DNA from: Planctomycetota bacterium
GTDB lineage: Bacteria > Planctomycetota > UBA11346
Assembly: GCA_038231435.1 (NCBI GenBank)
Contig: JBBRLJ010000003.1
Span: 64,001-128,000 of the forward strand
DNA length: 64,000 bases
Direction: 5' to 3'
Under the pieces are notes generated by a model. That model searched no databases and was not told the DNA's origin. It saw only the letters and a program-made list of their open reading frames with translations. Made by a program: the position numbers and the translations under genes. Of this stretch, positions 58,263-64,000 are shown piece by piece; the first letter of the stretch is position 1, and each line of letters begins with the position of its first letter.

Positions 58263-59405
58263 CTAGGTCGAAGTCCGGCGCACCAGTTGGGTACCGAGCT
58301 TCACCTGGGTCGGCCCCGAGACGTCGCCGCCGATGCGGCGGTGCAGGAGCGACGCCGCCTTCCAGCCCTTCTGGTGGAAGGACTGACGGACGGTGGTGAG
58401 CGGCGGGTCGAGCTGTTCGGCGACCGACATGTCGTCGAAGCCGGTGACCACCACCTGGCGGCCCACCACCAATCCGCGTTCCGATGCCGCCCGGTAGAGT
58501 CCCCAGGCGATGTAGTCCTTCTGGCAGGCAACCGACCAGAAGGATTCGCCGCGCATCGAGAACAGCCGCTGCGCCACTTCGTAGCCCTGCTGCCAGGGGT
58601 TCTCTACGTGCCAATACGCGGGGTCGGCGGTATCCATCTCGTGCAACACGGTGCGGTCGTTCACCATCGCGCCGTAGCCGGCATCGAGCATGGCGAGCCT
58701 GTATCCATCATAGCGGTCCGAATCGGCGCGGTGCGAGCTGCGCATGCCGATGTACCATACCGGGCGGTGGTGCTGGAGGAGCAGATGCTGCACCGCATGG
58801 TACATGCCGACGCGATTGTCGATTTCGACCGACGGCACGTGCAGATCGAGCGATCGCCGCTCGACGCACACCGCCGAGAACCCGCGGCCCTGCAGGCTCG
58901 CGAGCAACTCGCGGTGCTCGGGTCCGGGATGTGGCAGCACGATGACGCCCGACACGCCGAGGGACTCGACGTGCTCGAGCATCTCGAACGGGCCTTCGTC
59001 GCCGTTTGCGGCGATGATCTGGTAGGCGAGATCGTGGGCGCGGCAATATTCCTGGATGCCGGCTTGGATGCCCCGCATGCCCTCGTCGGGCGCGACCGCG
59101 CACACCGCGGCCAAGGTGAGCTGGCCCTTGACCGGACCGCGACGGCGCACGGTCGGGGCCTCGGCGGCGGAGCCGTCGGCATGGTTCACGAGCAGGCCAC
59201 GGTGCGGGATGCGCCGCAGCAGCGAGCGTTCGACGAGCAGATCGAAACTGCGCCGCAAGGTCAGCCGCGCCACCGCATGCTTGGCGCACAGCTCCTGCTC
59301 GGCGGGAAGGAATTCACCCGGCCGCCAGCGACCCGCCGCGATGTCGACCGCCAGGGCGTCGGCGAGCCGGCTCGCCTTCGCGCGGTAGGGACCCCGCCTG
59401 TTCAC
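58263..59405 (-). CDS. GntR-HTH/LacI-effector (AraR-like) transcriptional regulator
   Basis: PGEFLPAEQELC...VARLTLRRS winged HTH and GFDD...PPLTTVRQ effector domain. Confidence 0.92.
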   Translation of the reverse strand: MNRRGPYRAKASRLADALAVDIAAGRWRPGEFLPAEQELCAKHAVARLTLRRSFDLLVERSLLRRIPHRGLLVNHADGSAAEAPTVRRRGPVKGQLTLAAVCAVAPDEGMRGIQAGIQEYCRAHDLAYQIIAANGDEGPFEMLEHVESLGVSGVIVLPHPGPEHRELLASLQGRGFSAVCVERRSLDLHVPSVEIDNRVGMYHAVQHLLLQHHRPVWYIGMRSSHRADSDRYDGYRLAMLDAGYGAMVNDRTVLHEMDTADPAYWHVENPWQQGYEVAQRLFSMRGESFWSVACQKDYIAWGLYRAASERGLVVGRQVVVTGFDDMSVAEQLDPPLTTVRQSFHQKGWKAASLLHRRIGGDVSGPTQVKLGTQLVRRTST

Positions 59406-59680
59406 CGCATCCCCATGCCAGCACGATACCCCGGAAAGCCTCCGGGAAGCATGTGAAAACGAATCACGATCTGTACTTGTGTCATTCTATTGTTCATAAT
59501 TCCTGCTGATCCTTCTGTCCCGGCGAGGCTTGCGCAGACTGCGATTATCAGGCCCTCCCCGCATCGAACGGTGCGATCGAAGCGTTCGTGACCTCACATC
59601 CGGAGCCAGCCGTGCCAGATACCCGCTCGATGCCCGCGTGCTCTTCCTGGCTCTCGTCCCGGCTCGCGACCAGGCTCACG

Positions 59681-61915
59681 ATGAGAGTGGCGACGCTCGT
59701 CGTCTCGTGGACCGTATTCTCCTCTCATGCCACCTCGGCCGAGGACCTGGCCAAGGCGCTCACCGCGTTGCCGATCGTCGACGAGGTCCACATCGCGGCA
59801 GACGCTCCCGAGCACCGCTTCGTCGAGCTCCCCCACGCCGGACTCAGTCGTGTCGAGACCTGCGCCGGCGTCCCCTGCCGGGTGCTGCCGATCGCCGGCG
59901 AGGCCAAGGCCTTCGCGGTGCGCATCGGCGAGGGCAAGGGCCTGACCGCGCGTGCGACCTACGTGCTCGAGATCGATTTCGCCGAGGACGCACCGCGCAC
60001 GTTCTTCATCATCAATCGCGGCGAGAATAGTTTCCGCGGCGTCAGCTGCGGCACCTCGCTGCCCGACGGCCTGCAGCGCTACACCACCGCCAACCACGAA
60101 TCGATCGAGCTGCCCCTGTCTGGCAAGGTGCGCACCTGGCGCAGCATGTTCCGCCTCCACGACCGCTTCGCCGCCGACATCGTGCCCGCCAAGGACGGAG
60201 CGATGACGATGAAGCCCGCAGACGGCTTCTGGGTGATCGTCTGCCAGGCCGAGGACAGCATCCATCCGGGCAGTAACGGCGCGGCGGTGGCTTCGATCCG
60301 CCTACGCTCGGTCGACAAGCCGGAATCCTTCGATCTGCCCATCCACCGGCCGCCGGCCGGCCTGCCGCAGCGCCACCTGTTCTGGCGCGAGGAGATGTCC
60401 GACGGCATCGTGGGTTCGACCGAGGCGGACAAGCGCGGCCTCGACGATCCGATCGCGTGGTACGCCGACAAGGTACGCAACATGCGCTACCTGGGCATCG
60501 ACACCTACACCAAGGACATGCTCGAATTCGGCCACAACCAGGGCTGGGACAGCGCGCCCTACGGTGGCAGCGACTGGGTCAACCAGACCCCCTACCCGGA
60601 GCGCTGGGGGAAGATCGTCGATCTGATGGGCAAGGAGGGCATCCCCATCCTGCCGTACTACGAGTACTGCGGGTCGATCGGCGCCCACGGGCTCGGACCG
60701 CAGAAGCGCTGCCTGCCGCTGTACGGCAAGAAGGACTACACCCACATCTCGTGGACCGAGAACGTCAACGCCGACGTCACCGATCTCGATACCCGCGAGG
60801 ACTTCGCGAAGATGGTCGACTGCACCATCTTCAAGCTCAAGGACCGCGCGAAGTTCCTCGGCGTGTGGCTGCGGCCGCGCTCGAGCCAGCTGCCCTTCAG
60901 CTTCGCCGATGCCGCGCTCGCGCGCTTCGCCAGCGATGCCAATCAGGGCGCGGCGGTGACGCGCGAGCAGCTCGCCGGCGACGACGCCTTGCGTCAGCGC
61001 TACTACGCGTGGTGGTTCGACAAGCGCCGCGACTTCCTCGTCGACCTGCGCGCCCGCCTGGTGACCGGCGGGCTCGCCGACCCGGTTGTGCTGTACACCT
61101 GCTACTCCGGCGAGCAGGGCCCCGACGTCCAAGGCGACGCGGTGGTGGTGCGCGGCGACGTCGAGGCATGGAAGAAGCTGATGGCGTCGCATCCGAAGAA
61201 GCTGCCGGTGCGCGATTTCACCGAGGTCGTCTCGAGCGACGCATATCTGAAATCGGTGCTGGGCTTCGTCGGCACCTGGGGCGATTGGGAATGGCAGCAC
61301 GCCATCCCCCCATCCGATCCGCAGCGCTACAAGGACGTCGCGGGCGTGCTCATGACCTTCCCCTACAACCGCATCTACACGGTCTCCTCCGCCAAGGCGT
61401 TCGACGCGTTCCGCGGCAAGGCCGGGCTCGCCCTCGAACGCCACAACGCTCTCAACGAACGGGTGATCCCCGAATCCCTGGTCGGCTACTTCTGCTCCGA
61501 CAACGAGCTTGCCGGACCGGCCTGCATGTACGCCGAGGTCCTGGCCATGGCCAACGGCGATCCCACCTACCTCGCCTCGCTCACTGGGGAGACCCTCACG
61601 CGCGGCTTCCCCGAGTACGTCCGCCCCTTCAACGCCGCATTCCTGGCGCTGCCCGCGCTGCCGAGCGAGCGCGTCACCGATGGCTCGTCGAACCCCGACG
61701 TGGTGGTGCGGCGCATCGATGGCGGCAAGGACGGCACCTGGCTCGCGGTCTGCAACACCTCGCTCGAAGCCCGGCCCGCGGTCGCCATCCATGTGCCGAA
61801 AGGCACGAAGAAGACCACGGATGCCGCCACCGAGGAAGCCCTCAAGGCCGTCAAGGACACCATCACCATGGATCTACCCCCATGCTCGCTGCGCGCGCTG
61901 CACTGCTCCCGGTGA
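59681..61915 (+). CDS. Secreted hypothetical protein, candidate unclassified glycoside hydrolase
   Basis: Signal-peptide-like N-terminus, strong codon bias, aromatic/acidic motifs (EFGHNQGWDS, ILPYYEY, WLRPR, WGDWEWQH); sits in a sugar locus. Start could be 59588 or 59630. Confidence 0.7.
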   Translation: MRVATLVVSWTVFSSHATSAEDLAKALTALPIVDEVHIAADAPEHRFVELPHAGLSRVETCAGVPCRVLPIAGEAKAFAVRIGEGKGLTARATYVLEIDFAEDAPRTFFIINRGENSFRGVSCGTSLPDGLQRYTTANHESIELPLSGKVRTWRSMFRLHDRFAADIVPAKDGAMTMKPADGFWVIVCQAEDSIHPGSNGAAVASIRLRSVDKPESFDLPIHRPPAGLPQRHLFWREEMSDGIVGSTEADKRGLDDPIAWYADKVRNMRYLGIDTYTKDMLEFGHNQGWDSAPYGGSDWVNQTPYPERWGKIVDLMGKEGIPILPYYEYCGSIGAHGLGPQKRCLPLYGKKDYTHISWTENVNADVTDLDTREDFAKMVDCTIFKLKDRAKFLGVWLRPRSSQLPFSFADAALARFASDANQGAAVTREQLAGDDALRQRYYAWWFDKRRDFLVDLRARLVTGGLADPVVLYTCYSGEQGPDVQGDAVVVRGDVEAWKKLMASHPKKLPVRDFTEVVSSDAYLKSVLGFVGTWGDWEWQHAIPPSDPQRYKDVAGVLMTFPYNRIYTVSSAKAFDAFRGKAGLALERHNALNERVIPESLVGYFCSDNELAGPACMYAEVLAMANGDPTYLASLTGETLTRGFPEYVRPFNAAFLALPALPSERVTDGSSNPDVVVRRIDGGKDGTWLAVCNTSLEARPAVAIHVPKGTKKTTDAATEEALKAVKDTITMDLPPCSLRALHCSR

Positions 61916-62934
61916 TGAGAGCGGTACTGCTCGTGATGATCGGCGCCACGATGGCCTCATCTCTGGCGGCAGCCGATGGCCACGACTCCCTGCCCCTGTC
62001 GGGTGGGGGCTCCACGCCCGTGCTGCGCTTGAGCGACGGTCGCGTCTCGATCGCAGTGGCACCCGAGCTCGGCGGCAAGATCATCTCGCTCACGGGTTCA
62101 GACGGCCACGAACGCTTGAGCCGCAGCGGCAAGCCCTACGTCGCACGCACCGCGGGCATGGCCTACGGCGACACCGAGTTTGATGGCATCGACGAGATCT
62201 TTCCCACCTTGGGGGTGTGCGCCGCGAACACCCAGCATCCGGCGCTGCCGGATCACGGCGAAGTCTGCCGCCTGGCCTGGCGCGTGGTCGATGGCCCCGG
62301 CATCAGCCTGGCGGTCGACGGCGTGCTGCAGCCGTACCGCCTCACCCGCGCCATCACCATCGAACCCGATGCCGCTGACCCTGCAGGCGAGCCCAGCATC
62401 GTCCTGTCGTATACGGTGGCCAATCTCGGACAGGCGGATCTGCCGTACGTCTATTGCTTCCACCCGCTCTTCGCGATGGACAGCGATCTCGACCTCGAGT
62501 TGCGGCCCGAGCAGAGCCTGCGCGTACTGCTGTCGTCCGACGGCTTCCTCGGCGCGAACGACCGCGTCGAGCGCTGGGACGCCCTGCTGTCCGGTCCGCT
62601 CGGCGGCCACGCGGGCAAGCCGGGCCGCAACCGCTTCTGGAAGGCGGTGGTGCAGAAGGTGGCGGATGCCCGCATCGGCCTGCACTGGGGAGATGGCGGC
62701 AGCTGCGCGATGAGCTGGAGCGGCGACGTGCTGCCGCACTGCGCGATCTGGGCGACCGAGGGCGGCATCCTCGACGGTCTGCGCCATCTCGCCCCAGAAC
62801 CGAGCGTCGCGAGCGTCGACGGCCTGGACGATGCGATCGTCGCGGGCGAGGCGCGCACCCTGAAGCCCGGCGCCATCGACCGCTGGACGATCCGGTTGCG
62901 CCTGGCTCCCAAGCCAGCCGACACCAAACGCTGA
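61915..62934 (+). CDS. Galactose-mutarotase-like (aldose 1-epimerase fold) protein with signal peptide
   Basis: PELGGKIISL, GIDEIFPT, DHGEV, YTVANLG, FHPLF, LAPEP. TGATG overlap with the upstream gene. Confidence 0.8.
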   Translation: MRAVLLVMIGATMASSLAAADGHDSLPLSGGGSTPVLRLSDGRVSIAVAPELGGKIISLTGSDGHERLSRSGKPYVARTAGMAYGDTEFDGIDEIFPTLGVCAANTQHPALPDHGEVCRLAWRVVDGPGISLAVDGVLQPYRLTRAITIEPDAADPAGEPSIVLSYTVANLGQADLPYVYCFHPLFAMDSDLDLELRPEQSLRVLLSSDGFLGANDRVERWDALLSGPLGGHAGKPGRNRFWKAVVQKVADARIGLHWGDGGSCAMSWSGDVLPHCAIWATEGGILDGLRHLAPEPSVASVDGLDDAIVAGEARTLKPGAIDRWTIRLRLAPKPADTKR

Positions 62935-62986
62935 CACGCCGCACGCCACGCATGGCGCGCCTAGCGTCGGCATCTAGCATGCGCCC

Positions 62987-64000
62987 ATGTCGCTCGCGCA
63001 TCGCCGTTCGCGGTCCTCGATCATCGATCCCGCGTACTCCGCGACGCGCGTCGTGCCGTCGATCGCCGGCCTGAGCCGCTTCGCTCCGCTGACCACCAGC
63101 GGCGCCTGCTGGCTCTACGGCGAAGGCGACGTCGAGGCATACCGCATGAGCCTCACCCGCAAGCGCGGCTTCAGCGAATGCCTGAACGTCTTCCACCCCG
63201 GTCTGTTCGACCGCCATCGCCACCTGCTGCTGCTGCGGCACCAGACCACGCTCGATCGCCTGCCCCGCGCCTGCTGGGCGGTGATCCGCCATTCCGGCGA
63301 CATCAAGCTGTCCATCAACGATCGCTTGGTATTGCGCGCCACGGGTACCTCCGGTCCGGTGGCGCGACGCATCGATCTGCGCCCGTTCCTGCGCGTGGGG
63401 AAGAACTCGCTTTCCGCCATCCTCGGGAGGATCGACGAGCCGGCCGCGCTCTGCATCGAATCGCCCTTGCTGCGCACCACTCCGGAGTGGTCGAGCGGCG
63501 TCGACGGCTTCCATTGGAACGCCCCGGCGTGCTTCCCCTGGGTCGCCAGCGCGCTCTTTCCCCACCAGGAGGAGCTGCCCACGCTGCGCTTGACGGGCGC
63601 GCGCCTGGCCGATGGCACGATCGATTTCGGGCGCGAGCTGATCGGCCATCTCGAGGTGTCTGGCGCGGGCCCATCGGCGAAGCGGCCGCCGCGCCTGCGC
63701 GTCGGCGAATCGCTCGCCGAGTCGCGCAACGCCGACGCGGCCGCCGACGAGCAGGCGCTCGAGGTCGAACGCGTCGGCAAGAAGCGCTTCCGAAGCATCG
63801 GCCGCGTGGCCCTGCGCTACGCGCGTTTTCCCCGGACATCCGCCAGCGCCACCATCTGCTGCGACGCCACCTTCCATCCGGCATGCTACCGCGGTGCGTT
63901 CGCGTGTTCCGACCAGCGCATCACCCGCATCTGGATGGCCTCGGCGTACACCCTGCGCCTGTGCATGCAGGATTTCCTGGTCGATGGCATCAAGCGCGAC
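62987..64000 (+). CDS. Alpha-L-rhamnosidase-like (GH78) protein, 3'-truncated by window edge
   Basis: Open frame not in the ORF track because it has no stop in the window: IDFGRELIG, GESLAE, ALRY, RGAFACSDQRITRIW..SAYTLRLCMQDFLVDGIKRD. Confidence 0.85.
   Translation, partial: MSLAHRRSRSSIIDPAYSATRVVPSIAGLSRFAPLTTSGACWLYGEGDVEAYRMSLTRKRGFSECLNVFHPGLFDRHRHLLLLRHQTTLDRLPRACWAVIRHSGDIKLSINDRLVLRATGTSGPVARRIDLRPFLRVGKNSLSAILGRIDEPAALCIESPLLRTTPEWSSGVDGFHWNAPACFPWVASALFPHQEELPTLRLTGARLADGTIDFGRELIGHLEVSGAGPSAKRPPRLRVGESLAESRNADAAADEQALEVERVGKKRFRSIGRVALRYARFPRTSASATICCDATFHPACYRGAFACSDQRITRIWMASAYTLRLCMQDFLVDGIKRD

Overview
A GC-rich (roughly 68-70% by eye), gene-dense bacterial chromosomal segment. 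The gene style (Rhodopirellula-type ECF sigma/FecR pair, membrane Ser/Thr kinases, many carbohydrate-active enzymes) suggests the PVC superphylum, probably Planctomycetota; this is an inference. It carries about 46 protein genes and tRNA-His(GTG). There are two sugar-catabolic loci, each with a GH116 gene, and the two GH116 genes share a palindromic upstream site. The second locus runs off the right end and includes an unusual TPR-lipoprotein/ABC importer, an unclassified secreted protein, a secreted mutarotase-like protein and a GH78-like gene absent from the ORF track. Other content: cstA-ybdD, an ECF-FecR-hydrolase module, two Gfo/Idh/MocA oxidoreductases, an LRR receptor-like kinase, an AAA+/2xDinB/VWA operon, a 4-PAS hybrid kinase, an RhlE-like helicase, tamB-tamA, a GH-A/6xIPT surface protein, transketolase, RNase III, PilZ and a COG3014-LpoB pair. 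I see no integrase, transposase, CRISPR array or rRNA. The most unusual signal is non-coding: hairpin-built, REP/MITE-like intergenic elements (7924 and 26397; 21668 and 38371; a ~440-bp multibranched element at 45895-46330). All family assignments come from motif recognition, not database searches.
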